A DNA stretch of 64,000 nt from an uncultured bacterium (lineage in GTDB: Bacteria > Patescibacteriota > Minisyncoccia > Phycocordibacterales > Phycocordibacteraceae): the NCBI GenBank assembly GCA_903825105.1, contig CAIJZI010000007.1, positions 23,178-87,177 on the forward strand, in the 5' to 3' direction. Below the pieces are notes generated by a model, which was not told where the DNA came from, made no database searches, and was given only the letters and a program-made list of their open reading frames with translations. Position 1 is the stretch's first letter. Each line of letters opens with the position of its first letter. The translations under genes were made by a program, and so were the position numbers. Of the stretch, positions 1-9,132 are shown one piece after another.

Positions 1-1444
1 TCCCTCGCTCGAGCTCGTAGCCCTGGCCTTCAAACTTGGCGACGGGGTGATCGGTATCGCTCGCGATACTCGAGAAATAATTGGCCGAGGGGAGGAGGTG
101 ATAGGCGGTTGGAGAATTCTTGGCGAGGCTCTGCATCGTCGAGTTCGAGACGATAGTGAAGATGGATTTATAAATGCCAGCGTTGTAGCCCTCGAGAAGT
201 ACGCCGAGGTCTTCGGGCGCGCCGCTCTGCGGCGCGCCAACCAAAATAACTTTATCCACCAACTTAGGTGTCTCGCCGCTAAGTTGATTCAAGAGTGCCT
301 TGGCGAGGAGGCCGCCATTACTGTGCGCGACGATCGTCACCTTCCCGCTTTTTGAACTCGAGGCCAGCCCTCTAAGGGTCTGCTCGATATAAGGAGTACT
401 CGTGGATTCTTCATAAAATATTTTACCGTCGCGCTCCGCGCCTTTATTTAACAAATCATCGAGCGAGAGCCGCCAGTCATAGGCGACTGACTTCCAATCG
501 TTTATCTCTCCACTCGCTTTTAATCCATTCATCTCATTTATAAATGAAGCGTAGATATTACTGCCGCCAGCCGAGTCGATAATGTCATTTTCTTTTACAT
601 ACACGCTGTCACAGAGGCTCTCGCCACTCGCATCGAGAAATAATTTTTTTACTTTTGTATTCCCGGCGCCAAATAAAACGCCGATGATCGAGCTGTATGG
701 CTCCCATAATTTTTCTTCTGCTCCTGACGCCGTACAGCCGCTCCCTTCATAGAGTCGACTGCCCTCGATGCCGGGTAGAAATAAGACATTTGAGGGTTTT
801 GGGGATGATGGCGGAGCTGTATCATAAAATTGAAAATATGGCTGATCGAGCCCGCTTTGACCCCACACATATCTATCATCAGCGGCTGGGCGATAACCAA
901 AAAGACTGAGTGGTGTGTCCGGAGAGAATGGCTTGCCGCTGAATGAGACCCATCCGGAACTCCCATACATACCGCTCGTAGACATGAAAAAGATATAATG
1001 ATACCCCGTTGATAGTAGGATTGGCGTATCATTATCGTGCTGATCTATCGTCGTATAGTCACAATTTCCACTAGCATCTGGTGTTGTAGAAACAGAAACG
1101 AGACTTGCTATGAACGGGGCGCCACTCCAATTCGTTGGTGGTGTTGAGGTGGCGGTATATCGCATAACAGCCCCAGCTGGACAAATATACTCTCCTCCAC
1201 CGCTTGTGTTCACACGAAAACGAACACCGTAGACATTTATATTTTGTGTGGGCACATATCCCATTGATACATCATTACCCATTGTTACGCGCACTGACCC
1301 GAACCAAAGATATCCATCGGGCGGTTTGGTCGCTTGTGCACTGTCATCCAATTGAGAATCGAGAACCGCTGCACGAACGAGAAAAGGTCTCACAAATATG
1401 AGCGCGATGAGTATAAAAAATAACGCGGGTATTCTTCCACGCAT
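1..1444 (-). CDS. secreted alpha/beta-hydrolase (lipase/esterase-like), 3' end truncated by window edge
   Basis: Continuous minus-strand frame from ATG at 1442-1444 (MRGRIPALFFILIALIFV.. signal-peptide-like) to the window edge; C-terminal region has nucleophile elbow ..TIVAHSNGGLLAK.. (GxSxG-type) typical of lipase/LCAT/PGAP1-like hydrolases; not in ORF track because there is no in-window stop. Confidence 0.55.
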   Translation of the reverse strand, partial: MRGRIPALFFILIALIFVRPFLVRAAVLDSQLDDSAQATKPPDGYLWFGSVRVTMGNDVSMGYVPTQNINVYGVRFRVNTSGGGEYICPAGAVMRYTATSTPPTNWSGAPFIASLVSVSTTPDASGNCDYTTIDQHDNDTPILLSTGYHYIFFMSTSGMYGSSGWVSFSGKPFSPDTPLSLFGYRPAADDRYVWGQSGLDQPYFQFYDTAPPSSPKPSNVLFLPGIEGSRLYEGSGCTASGAEEKLWEPYSSIIGVLFGAGNTKVKKLFLDASGESLCDSVYVKENDIIDSAGGSNIYASFINEMNGLKASGEINDWKSVAYDWRLSLDDLLNKGAERDGKIFYEESTSTPYIEQTLRGLASSSKSGKVTIVAHSNGGLLAKALLNQLSGETPKLVDKVILVGAPQSGAPEDLGVLLEGYNAGIYKSIFTIVSNSTMQSLAKNSPTAYHLLPSANYFSSIASDTDHPVAKFEGQGYELERG

Positions 1445-1462
1445 TACTTCAAGAATAATGCT

Positions 1463-1483
1463 CCCGCGCGCTTCGCGCGCGGG
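1463..1483. other. perfect GC hairpin CCCGCGCGC-TTC-GCGCGCGGG in divergent intergenic region
   Basis: seen directly; 9-bp stem, 3-nt loop. Confidence 0.6.
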
Positions 1484-1494
1484 TTATGCACACG

Positions 1495-1530
1495 CATAGG
1501 AAACTCCTATGTACATAGGAGTTTCCTATG
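1495..1530. promoter_or_regulatory. two adjacent inverted copies of 17-bp palindromic motif CATAGGAAACTCCTATG (operator-like or TIR-like)
   Basis: copies at 1495-1511 and 1514-1530; each is itself ATAGGA-NNN-TCCTAT palindromic; third copy at 2115-2131. Confidence 0.5.
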
Positions 1531-1606
1531 CAATAATTCGACAAATGTTTCTTCTGTGATAAACTATTTTTGGATAGTTTTTTCAATTCTTAATTCGGGG
1601 AGAGAA

Positions 1607-2053
1607 ATGTACACAATAAATGGATATCGCGATTTGCTCGCGAGAAATGGCTTCGAGGAGGTATCTCAGCCGATACCCTTCACGAGCCATGGCACAACCG
1701 AACATCGTCATCTGTACTTCCATCGCGAGCATGCGGTTCTCGTGGTGTTCGAGACGGAGACGGAGAAAAGGCCCGACCGGACATCAATCAGCGGGAAGAT
1801 GTTTTTCAACTTTAAACCTGAAAACACGGACGAAATGTCGCATATTGCCCCGCTTGGTAAACCTGCCGATAAACATCCAGCGATCTGCGTGTGTGGATCC
1901 GGCCGCTTCGCCAATGTCGCCGACGAAATTTCACGGCTTTTAAAAAAAGGAAGCTTCGTGCAACCGTGGGTCGAGAAGCCGGTAGAATTGGCTGGATATG
2001 AAATCATCCACCGCCTGCCTCTCGATGTCCGCACTGCGATCGGCGCAGAATAA
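1607..2053 (+). CDS. hypothetical protein (149 aa), no recognisable family
   Basis: ORF with GGGGAGAG SD 5-6 nt upstream of ATG 1607; followed by strong terminator; flanked by 17-bp palindromic motif copies. Confidence 0.45.
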   Translation: MYTINGYRDLLARNGFEEVSQPIPFTSHGTTEHRHLYFHREHAVLVVFETETEKRPDRTSISGKMFFNFKPENTDEMSHIAPLGKPADKHPAICVCGSGRFANVADEISRLLKKGSFVQPWVEKPVELAGYEIIHRLPLDVRTAIGAE

Positions 2054-2071
2054 TTCCCAAACCATAAACCA

Positions 2072-2108
2072 CCGGCAGGCGCTCCGCGCCTGCCGGTTTT
2101 TGTTTTTT
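2072..2108 (+). terminator. rho-independent terminator
   Basis: CCGGCAGGCGC-TCC-GCGCCTGCCGG followed by TTTTTGTTTTTT. Confidence 0.7.
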
Positions 2109-2114
2109 CAACAG

Positions 2115-2131
2115 CACAGGAAACTCCTATG
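2115..2131. promoter_or_regulatory. third copy of 17-bp palindromic motif (CACAGGAAACTCCTATG)
   Basis: 16/17 match to the reverse complement of copy 2 at 1514-1530. Confidence 0.5.
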
Positions 2132-2136
2132 CAAGA

Positions 2137-3171
2137 TCACTTCGGATACTTCTGTGCGACCGCGGCATACGCCGCGCGCGACATATTTGAAATAATCGTG
2201 TCTGCCGTTTTTACATCCTTCGCGCTCGTCATCACACAGAGGAGATACGGGTGCGATGGATAATAAATAATGCCGCAGTCAGAGAGCTCGACGCCCGTGG
2301 CGACATTATTTTGAGATAGAACATGCTCGCCATATTTGTGCGCGACGACCGTTCCCTCTGGCACACCTGCGACGAGACCATCAGCGAAGGTCGCCTGCGA
2401 CAAGAGTTTCATCGCCTGCTCTGAACTCTCGGGCGAGAGATAGGTCGCATTATAGAGGACACGGAAGAAGAGCCCGAAGGTGCGCGCAGAAATTTGATAA
2501 TTTTGAGAATCGTCTCCCGGATTTTGGATCCCGAGCGCGACATACACCTGATTCAAAAATTCTGAATTAAGATTCGCGAGGAGCGAGAATGTCGCACCAT
2601 TATCTGAATCGACAACCATCTTATTGATGAGATCTTGTACCGAATAACTATGCCCCGCGACGAGTTCAGACGGCGCCACGAACGGCTCTTTCGGTAAAAC
2701 ACTCGGGTTGTAGTCAATTGTTTTTAAAAAGAGTGACGGATCTTGTTCCATCTGTTTGTAATACGCGATCAAGGTCGGCACCTTGAGAAGACTCGCCGGA
2801 TAATAGGTGTCATTCTGATTTATGCCGATCCACCTGCCCGCGTCCAGATCGCGGAAGTAGACTGCCGCGCGCGTCGCGTCACCACTTTTCACCACAGCAT
2901 CAATAATCGTTTGGAAAGAATTATTTAATGGAATGTAATCACCGAGGAGTGTCGCTTCTGGGGTGTGATAGGCGAGGAGTGGGTGCACAAGCGTGTATGG
3001 TGTTCCCTTTTCTTCAATCGGCGCGAATGATTGTTTGATTGAATCCGAAACAGAGTCACCTGCCAATTTGCCAAAAAAATATCCAGCGATACCTCCGACG
3101 ATTAATCCACCCGCGACGAGAGCCGCGAAGGTTAAAAACTTTTTAGATTTCCATTTTGCCAATATATTCAT
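2137..3171 (-). CDS. membrane-anchored class A beta-lactamase-like serine hydrolase (penicillin-binding fold)
   Basis: SxxK (YPASLLKV), SDN (VVDSDNGAT) and KxG (HKYGEH) motifs; N-terminal TM anchor (FLTFAALVAGGLIVGGIAGYFF); likely start MNILAKW. Confidence 0.55.
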   Translation of the reverse strand: MNILAKWKSKKFLTFAALVAGGLIVGGIAGYFFGKLAGDSVSDSIKQSFAPIEEKGTPYTLVHPLLAYHTPEATLLGDYIPLNNSFQTIIDAVVKSGDATRAAVYFRDLDAGRWIGINQNDTYYPASLLKVPTLIAYYKQMEQDPSLFLKTIDYNPSVLPKEPFVAPSELVAGHSYSVQDLINKMVVDSDNGATFSLLANLNSEFLNQVYVALGIQNPGDDSQNYQISARTFGLFFRVLYNATYLSPESSEQAMKLLSQATFADGLVAGVPEGTVVAHKYGEHVLSQNNVATGVELSDCGIIYYPSHPYLLCVMTSAKDVKTADTIISNMSRAAYAAVAQKYPK

Positions 3172-3272
3172 ACTCCAATAATAACCCGACGGAACCGCCC
3201 TAAACAAAGTGTTACACACCGCGTAGTAAGGGTTGGGAGAGCCATATTATTACTTTATCCTCATTATTACGC

Positions 3273-5024
3273 ATGTCTTTTTCTAAAATTTTAAATACCC
3301 TCAAAAACGCGTGGCATTCTGTCTGGTTGTATGCGATGAGTCATAAAATAATCGCGACGATCGCGGTCATTATTATTTTAGTCGGCGGATATTATGGCTA
3401 CAAGACACTCACTTCTTCGACAACGACGAGTTATATAACTTCTTCTGTCGCTTCGAGCACGATCGTCTCAACCTTGACCGAGACAGGCCAAGTGAGCGCC
3501 TCACAACAGATTTCCCTCTCGCCAAAATCTTCGGGCGAAGTGATTGGCGTGTATGTGAAGCCTGGCGACGCGGTGTATGCCGGCCAGCTCGTCGCACAAC
3601 TTGATGCCACCGATGCGCGGCAATCACTTCAAAATGCCGAGCTCGCGCTTAAGAATGCAGAAATCACTTATGCTCAAACCACAGCGACCTCGACGCTCTC
3701 GCTCAATCTGCTTCAAGCTCAAAACGCTGTCACAAATGCAAACATCTCTCTTCAAAAGACACACGACAGCATCTATTCCTCTCTCGCGAGCACCTATAAC
3801 GATTTTTCAACCATCGTAACGGGGATCGACGGCGTGCTCCACAATTCTGATTCTGCCGGTCGCTCGAATCAAGAAAATGTTGATGCGTATTCTGACATTG
3901 TTTCTTCACACGACGACAATATTCTGATGTATAAAAATTCTGCAGAGACTTCGTATACTGCCGCGCTCGCGGCGTACAACAGCGGACTCGCCACCTATAA
4001 AGCAGTCAGCGGTACCACCGCTTCAAACGACGATCTCGTCGCCCTCGCGAAGACGACTTATGCCACTGCACAAATAATCGCCGAAGCAGTAAAAAATTCT
4101 CACGACTTTTATGACCGCGTGAATACTGATTATTCTCTTTATAAAAATCTCGGTTCTTCTTCGACAGTTTCTAACCTCCTTTCTTCGATCAATTCATACA
4201 CCTCGCTCGTTTCAACAAACTTGAACAATGCACTGACCGTCCAGACCGACATTGTCTCGGCAGAACAGTCGCTAGCCCAAGCTAAGAACGCGCTCGAGTC
4301 GAGCGCGCAGGGTTCGAATGCGCTCACCGTTCAATCTGCCACTCTTTCACTTCAAGAAGCGAAGGATGCGGTGACCACCGCACAAGAAAATCTCGCGAAC
4401 TATTCTGTCGTCGCACCATTCGCGGGAACAATCGCTTCTGTCGGCGTGCAGAAATATGATCAGGCTAGCAACAATACATCGGTCGCGACGCTCGTGAGCT
4501 ACAACAAGATCGCGACACTCTCTGTTTCTGAAGCAGACGAGGTGAATATTAAACAAGGACAGAAAGCGATGCTCACCTTCGACGCTCTTCCTGATGTGAC
4601 CATCGCCGGCACCGTCGCATCTATTTCTAGCGCGGGGAGCGTTTCTTCTGGAGTCGTCTCCTACAGCGTCGATGTTTCGCTCGACACCGCAAATAGCGAT
4701 ATTAAGCCGGGGATGTCTGTCGATGCCGACATTATTACCGCGACAGCAGACGGCATCGCTGTGCCAAATAGTGCGATTAAGACTTCGGGCAATATAAATT
4801 ATGTTCTCGTTATGTCAGCGGCAACGCCGACAAAAGTCCCGGTCACTATTGGCATCACTGACGGCACGAACACCATCGTCACGAGCGGGTTAACTGGTAG
4901 CGAGCAGGTTGTGACGAAGACGGTCACGAGTTCTTCTTCATCAACTTCATCATCTGCAACAAAAACTACATCATCAAGCACAAATAGGAGCGGCCCTCCA
5001 GGAGGAATAATGATGGGATTATAA
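3273..5024 (+). CDS. efflux membrane-fusion (periplasmic adaptor) protein, HlyD/MacA family, with Ser/Thr-rich C-terminal tail
   Basis: N-terminal TM, coiled-coil and beta-barrel adaptor architecture (..VIGVYVKPGDAVYAGQLVAQLD..); directly upstream of MacB-like ATPase and permease. Confidence 0.65.
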   Translation: MSFSKILNTLKNAWHSVWLYAMSHKIIATIAVIIILVGGYYGYKTLTSSTTTSYITSSVASSTIVSTLTETGQVSASQQISLSPKSSGEVIGVYVKPGDAVYAGQLVAQLDATDARQSLQNAELALKNAEITYAQTTATSTLSLNLLQAQNAVTNANISLQKTHDSIYSSLASTYNDFSTIVTGIDGVLHNSDSAGRSNQENVDAYSDIVSSHDDNILMYKNSAETSYTAALAAYNSGLATYKAVSGTTASNDDLVALAKTTYATAQIIAEAVKNSHDFYDRVNTDYSLYKNLGSSSTVSNLLSSINSYTSLVSTNLNNALTVQTDIVSAEQSLAQAKNALESSAQGSNALTVQSATLSLQEAKDAVTTAQENLANYSVVAPFAGTIASVGVQKYDQASNNTSVATLVSYNKIATLSVSEADEVNIKQGQKAMLTFDALPDVTIAGTVASISSAGSVSSGVVSYSVDVSLDTANSDIKPGMSVDADIITATADGIAVPNSAIKTSGNINYVLVMSAATPTKVPVTIGITDGTNTIVTSGLTGSEQVVTKTVTSSSSSTSSSATKTTSSSTNRSGPPGGIMMGL

Positions 5025-5031
5025 AAATAAA

Positions 5032-5754
5032 ATGATTGAGATTAAAAACATTCACAAAGTGTATGGTTCGGGAGCAGAAGCCTTTACCGCACTCAACAAT
5101 ATCTCGTTCTCGATTGACGAAGGCGAATTCGTCGCGATTATGGGCCCTTCGGGGAGTGGTAAGTCAACCTTGATGCACATTCTCGGCTGTCTCGATACGC
5201 CAACCTCTGGCACCTATAAGCTCGACAACAAAGATGTCTCGACGATGACCGATGACGAGCTCGCTGATATTCGAAAGGATAAAATTGGTTTCGTCTTCCA
5301 AGCATTCAACCTGCTCCCGCGCACCACAGTGCTGCGCAATGTCGTCCTACCGCTCGTCTACGCCGGAGTGCCGCGCGAAGAGCGCGAGAAGCGCGCGATC
5401 GAATCGCTCGTCGCCGCAGGATTAACAAAAGAACATTTCACTCACCTTTCGAATCAAATATCCGGCGGACAGATCCAGCGCGTCGCGATCGCACGAGCGC
5501 TGGTCAACGATCCGTCGCTTATTCTCGCCGACGAACCAACAGGCAACCTCGACAGCCGCACGAGTCTTATCGTTCTCGAGACACTTCAAGAATTAAATAG
5601 AAAGCACGGGAGAACGATTGTCCTCATCACGCACGAGCCAGACATCGCCGAACATGCTGATCGCATTATTAAACTCCGCGACGGCGACATCGTCTCTGAT
5701 GAAAAAAATCATTCAGTGCGTAACGCAGAAAAAGAAGGAAAACTTTATGAATAA
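5032..5754 (+). CDS. ABC transporter ATP-binding protein (MacB/LolD-like)
   Basis: Walker [10 protein letters not shown], signature LSGGQ, Walker [12 protein letters not shown]. Confidence 0.85.
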   Translation: MIEIKNIHKVYGSGAEAFTALNNISFSIDEGEFVAIMGPSGSGKSTLMHILGCLDTPTSGTYKLDNKDVSTMTDDELADIRKDKIGFVFQAFNLLPRTTVLRNVVLPLVYAGVPREEREKRAIESLVAAGLTKEHFTHLSNQISGGQIQRVAIARALVNDPSLILADEPTGNLDSRTSLIVLETLQELNRKHGRTIVLITHEPDIAEHADRIIKLRDGDIVSDEKNHSVRNAEKEGKLYE

Positions 5755-6979
5755 AAATGACATTTTAGAAGAGACATACGCTGCCCTTCGCGCGAACAAG
5801 GCCCGCTCGGGGCTCACGATGCTCGGCATCGTTATCGGTATCGCTTCAGTGATCGCTCTTATGGCCGTTGGCACAGGCGCGACAAGCTCGATTACTTCGT
5901 CGATCTCTTCGATCGGTTCGAACCTTCTGATCGTGACGCCCGGGGCGACAAAAAACTTCGGCTTCGGCGCCGCCTCGGCGCGAGGATCGGCGCAGACACT
6001 CACCGTCGAAGATGCTACGGCGATTTCTAACAGCATTTCAAATATCAGCGGGATGTCAGTTGTCGTTTCGAGTCGCACACAAGTGACCACGAAAAATTCG
6101 AACACGAACACTTCGATTACCGGCACCGATCCATCCTATCCGGGTGTGCGCAATGTGACGCTCTCGACGGGCAATTTTATTTCAGATGAAAATGTCGCGA
6201 GCATCGCGAAGGTCGCGGTAATTGGCCCGACCGTTCTCACCGACCTCTTCGGCACAGACGCCGTCGACACCGACTCGATTGGGCAAAAAGTTAGGATTAG
6301 CGGATCACAGTACACCGTCATCGGCGTGACGAAGACGAAAGGCAGCTCGGGCTCGAGTAACGCCGATGACATTATTTATATTCCTTACACCACCGCGCAA
6401 CGCTACCTTTCTGGGAATAAATATCTATCACAAATAAATGTTTCGGCAGCGAGTTCTGACTCAATGACGCAGGTTCAAACAGATATAAACGACCTTCTGC
6501 TCACGCGACACAAGATTACCGATTCTACAAAAACTGATTTCTCGATTACTAATCAGGCTGACCTCGTCTCGACATTATCATCCGTCACCTCGACACTCAC
6601 CTATCTTCTCGGCGCGATCGGCGCGATATCGCTCCTCGTCGGCGGCATCGGCATTATGAATATGATGCTCACCAATGTGACCGAGCGCATGCACGAGATC
6701 GGGCTCCGGAAAGCGGTCGGCGCGAAGAAAAAAGATATCAGCATTCAGTTTCTCGCAGAGTCGGTCGCGCTCACTGTCGTCGGCGGCATCATCGGCATTA
6801 TTCTGGGATGCGCAATCGCGTATGTGGTGAATTGGAGTGGTGTGACGAAAACGAGCGTCACCTTATCATCTGTCCTGCTCGCTTTTGGCGTATCAGCAGT
6901 AATCGGTATCGTCTTCGGCTGGTATCCGGCGAAGCGCGCATCAAACTTAAATCCGATTGATGCACTCAGATATGAGTAG
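5747..6979 (+). CDS. ABC transporter permease, FtsX/MacB family
   Basis: N-terminal TM, large periplasmic domain, C-terminal 3-TM FtsX-like region; start MNKNDIL overlaps the ATPase stop. Confidence 0.75.
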   Translation: MNKNDILEETYAALRANKARSGLTMLGIVIGIASVIALMAVGTGATSSITSSISSIGSNLLIVTPGATKNFGFGAASARGSAQTLTVEDATAISNSISNISGMSVVVSSRTQVTTKNSNTNTSITGTDPSYPGVRNVTLSTGNFISDENVASIAKVAVIGPTVLTDLFGTDAVDTDSIGQKVRISGSQYTVIGVTKTKGSSGSSNADDIIYIPYTTAQRYLSGNKYLSQINVSAASSDSMTQVQTDINDLLLTRHKITDSTKTDFSITNQADLVSTLSSVTSTLTYLLGAIGAISLLVGGIGIMNMMLTNVTERMHEIGLRKAVGAKKKDISIQFLAESVALTVVGGIIGIILGCAIAYVVNWSGVTKTSVTLSSVLLAFGVSAVIGIVFGWYPAKRASNLNPIDALRYE

Positions 6980-6988
6980 AGCGCGAGA

Positions 6989-7053
6989 AATTCAAAAAAT
7001 TGATAGCAAGACTTGGCCACTCGAACCGGAGCGCGATCCGTTTTTTGAATTGA
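6989..7053. repeat. palindromic element, family B (AATTCAAAAAA..AAGACTTGGCC..CCGGAGCGC..TTTTTTGAATT)
   Basis: 11-bp perfect terminal inverted arms; core modules shared with in-frame copy in prmC (9275-9332) and dnaE. Confidence 0.6.
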
Positions 7054-7098
7054 TGGGAGGCGCCGCGCGTATTAAAAAATAATCACTAATTAAAAAAT

Positions 7099-7506
7099 AT
7101 GAAAAATAAAAATATAATGATCACGGGAGTTGTAGCTCTTATTATCGGCGTTAGTCTCGGCTACTTCGGCGGGAACGCTCTTCACCCAGCGGCAGCGACA
7201 CCAACACGCGGGAACTTTTCTGGCATGATGGGCGGTGCGGGACGAGCCGGTGGCAATGGGCTTCTCTCAGGCACGGTCGCGGCAAAGGATTCTGACAGCA
7301 TCACTATCGACACGAAGGACGGTAGCTCGCACATTGTTCTCCTCACGCCAAACACGACATTTCAAAAGAGCGTGAGCGGCACAGAGAGCGATGTGGCTAC
7401 CGGCTCGACGATTATTGTCTCGGGCACGACCAATAGCGATGGCTCGGTCTCTGCCACTTCGATCCAATTGCGCCCCGCGATGCCTCCTGCTACAGTACAA
7501 AAATGA
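7099..7506 (+). CDS. hypothetical secreted/membrane-anchored protein (Gly/Ser/Thr-rich)
   Basis: N-terminal TM/signal (ITGVVALIIGVSLGYF); no family recognised. Confidence 0.4.
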   Translation: MKNKNIMITGVVALIIGVSLGYFGGNALHPAAATPTRGNFSGMMGGAGRAGGNGLLSGTVAAKDSDSITIDTKDGSSHIVLLTPNTTFQKSVSGTESDVATGSTIIVSGTTNSDGSVSATSIQLRPAMPPATVQK

Positions 7507-7590
7507 AACGCGCATTTACCATATTTATCGTTCTTATTCTCGCCTTCGGCATGATCGTAATGTTCTTCCCTGCTCTCTTCGCGGGACATT
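7504..7590 (+). CDS. possible 28-aa single-TM peptide (MKRAFTIFIVLILAFGMIVMFFPALFAGH)
   Basis: ATGA overlap with upstream stop; hydrophobic; followed by terminator. Confidence 0.2.
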
Positions 7591-7616
7591 AGAGGTTCTG
7601 TTTAAAGTTTAAAAAA

Positions 7617-7646
7617 TGAGCAAGGGTAACCCTTGCTCATTTTTTG
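7617..7646 (+). terminator. rho-independent terminator with GGTAACC-core hairpin
   Basis: TGAGCAAGGG-TAA-CCCTTGCTCA followed by TTTTTT. Confidence 0.7.
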
Positions 7647-7703
7647 TCTCCAATTAATATCGCATAGTATAAAAAGAAACCGAGCCCATGGGGCTCGGTG
7701 AGA

Positions 7704-7768
7704 GAAACAAATCATCAGGAAGGAGGTGGGGAGGAAAAAGAATGAATGAAAACGGGATGATTTGTTTC
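7704..7768 (+). promoter_or_regulatory. 13-bp perfect-stem hairpin enclosing SD and start codon of small peptide ORF
   Basis: GAAACAAATCATC (7704-7716) pairs with GATGATTTGTTTC (7756-7768); loop carries AGGAAGGAGGTGGGGAGG SD and ATG 7742. Confidence 0.5.
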
Positions 7769-7837
7769 TGGAAAGAGCTGTCGGTTCTGCGACCGACTCC
7801 TGTAGATGAGAGCCATTGCTGTCACCTACACTTATAG
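7742..7837 (+). CDS. 31-aa Cys/His-rich small peptide ORF (MNENGMICFWKELSVLRPTPVDESHCCHLHL)
   Basis: very strong SD GGAGGTGGGGAGG 8-10 nt upstream; immediately upstream of CPBP protease gene. Confidence 0.35.
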   Translation: MNENGMICFWKELSVLRPTPVDESHCCHLHL

Positions 7838-7920
7838 TTTATTCTTTTCTGTCCCTGTGTCAAGAATTGACTTTTGTAATTAATACTGCTAGATTCAATT
7901 CGGATGTTTGGGGGTTCGCA

Positions 7921-8466
7921 ATGAACAAAATGATTGCGTGGCTCCGAGAAGGTGCCACTTTCTGGGAGCTTTTTAAGTACCTCCCCGGGCTGATCCTCCT
8001 ACAAATGTTCTTGATTGTTGTAGGAGTCAAATTCGCGGGTCTGTTCTTTTCAGAAGCGTCGATCAACTCTAATGACGCTGTGATCGACACTGTGATCGCG
8101 CATTCCAACTTGGCAAAACAGTTCTTCATATTTACGGTGAAAGATCCCTTTTATGAAGAGGTGTTTTACCGGTTTACTCCATTCTGCGCGCTTTTGGTGT
8201 TGATGTGGCTAAAAAAGACCAAAGATGAAAAGGGTGCGGCGTGGGATGTTGCCGTGTACATTGTGGTTACCTCTGCATTCTTTGGATATGTGCATGGTCC
8301 TGGAGGTATTTTCATTCAAGGCCTGTCGGGCATTGTGCTCGCGATCGTATTCCTAAAATGGAGCGCGCTCGGTGCGAAACTGTTTAAAGGCCTGCTCGCC
8401 AGCACGATAGTGCATGGCGCGTACAATGGCGCCCTGCTGATCATACTGTTAAGTCTCCATCGCTAA
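7921..8466 (+). CDS. CPBP-family (CAAX protease/Abi) intramembrane metalloprotease
   Basis: motifs EEVFYRF (EExxxR), FGYVH (FxxxH), HGAYN (HxxxN); multi-TM. Confidence 0.7.
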   Translation: MNKMIAWLREGATFWELFKYLPGLILLQMFLIVVGVKFAGLFFSEASINSNDAVIDTVIAHSNLAKQFFIFTVKDPFYEEVFYRFTPFCALLVLMWLKKTKDEKGAAWDVAVYIVVTSAFFGYVHGPGGIFIQGLSGIVLAIVFLKWSALGAKLFKGLLASTIVHGAYNGALLIILLSLHR

Positions 8467-8481
8467 TCCTGTTCTAACTCG

Positions 8482-8513
8482 AGGCCCTGCCGCTTACACG
8501 GCAGGGCTTTTTC
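8482..8513 (+). terminator. rho-independent terminator
   Basis: GGCCCTGCCG-CTTACAC-GGCAGGGC then TTTTTCTATTT. Confidence 0.65.
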
Positions 8514-8674
8514 TATTTAAAACAGACTTATCCACACCCCTTGCTTTTTTTTACAATTTCTGACATACTATTTCTAACTCGCAGAGTATTCGAGCTTCGC
8601 TCGGTTCGTTCGCCAATCTGGTGAATGACCGCAAGTGTTCAGTTTCGGCGAGGTTACTAAGTTAAATCCAATAC

Positions 8675-9043
8675 ATGGACAATCCGCAATCAGTTCAGGG
8701 GAACAAGCTCTATGTGGGCGGTATCCCTTATCGCTCAACAGAAGATGATATGAAGAAGGCCTTTAGCGAGGCTGGTTCAGTCGTTTCTGCGAGCATTATC
8801 AGTGACCGTATGACGGGCCGCTCACGCGGTTTCGGCTTCGTCGAAATGGCGTCTGAAGCAGAGGCTCAGGCGGCTATCGACCGATGGGACGGGAAGGAAA
8901 TGGATGGCCGAACGCTCTCCGTTTCTTTCGCACGCCCACAGGGTGATCGACCTCCTCGCCGCGATGGCGGTTTCGGAGGTGGTGACCGAGGTGGATACGG
9001 AGGCGGCAATAGCCAAGGTGGCTATGGCCGAGGTGGATACTAA
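8675..9043 (+). CDS. RRM-type glycine-rich RNA-binding protein
   Basis: RNP-2 LYVGGI and RNP-1 RGFGFVEM; C-terminal GGYGGG repeats; ~160-nt 5' UTR. Confidence 0.8.
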   Translation: MDNPQSVQGNKLYVGGIPYRSTEDDMKKAFSEAGSVVSASIISDRMTGRSRGFGFVEMASEAEAQAAIDRWDGKEMDGRTLSVSFARPQGDRPPRRDGGFGGGDRGGYGGGNSQGGYGRGGY

Positions 9044-9079
9044 TCCCCTGTCTGCATAATTTGCAGACTTCGCGAAAAC

Positions 9080-9116
9080 AAAAGCGCTCGCCAAATGGCG
9101 AGCGCTTTTGTTTTCT
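9080..9116 (+). terminator. rho-independent terminator
   Basis: AAAAGCGCTCGCC-AAAT-GGCGAGCGCTTTT then GTTTTCT. Confidence 0.75.
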
Positions 9117-9132
9117 GTGGTAACTTTATTTT

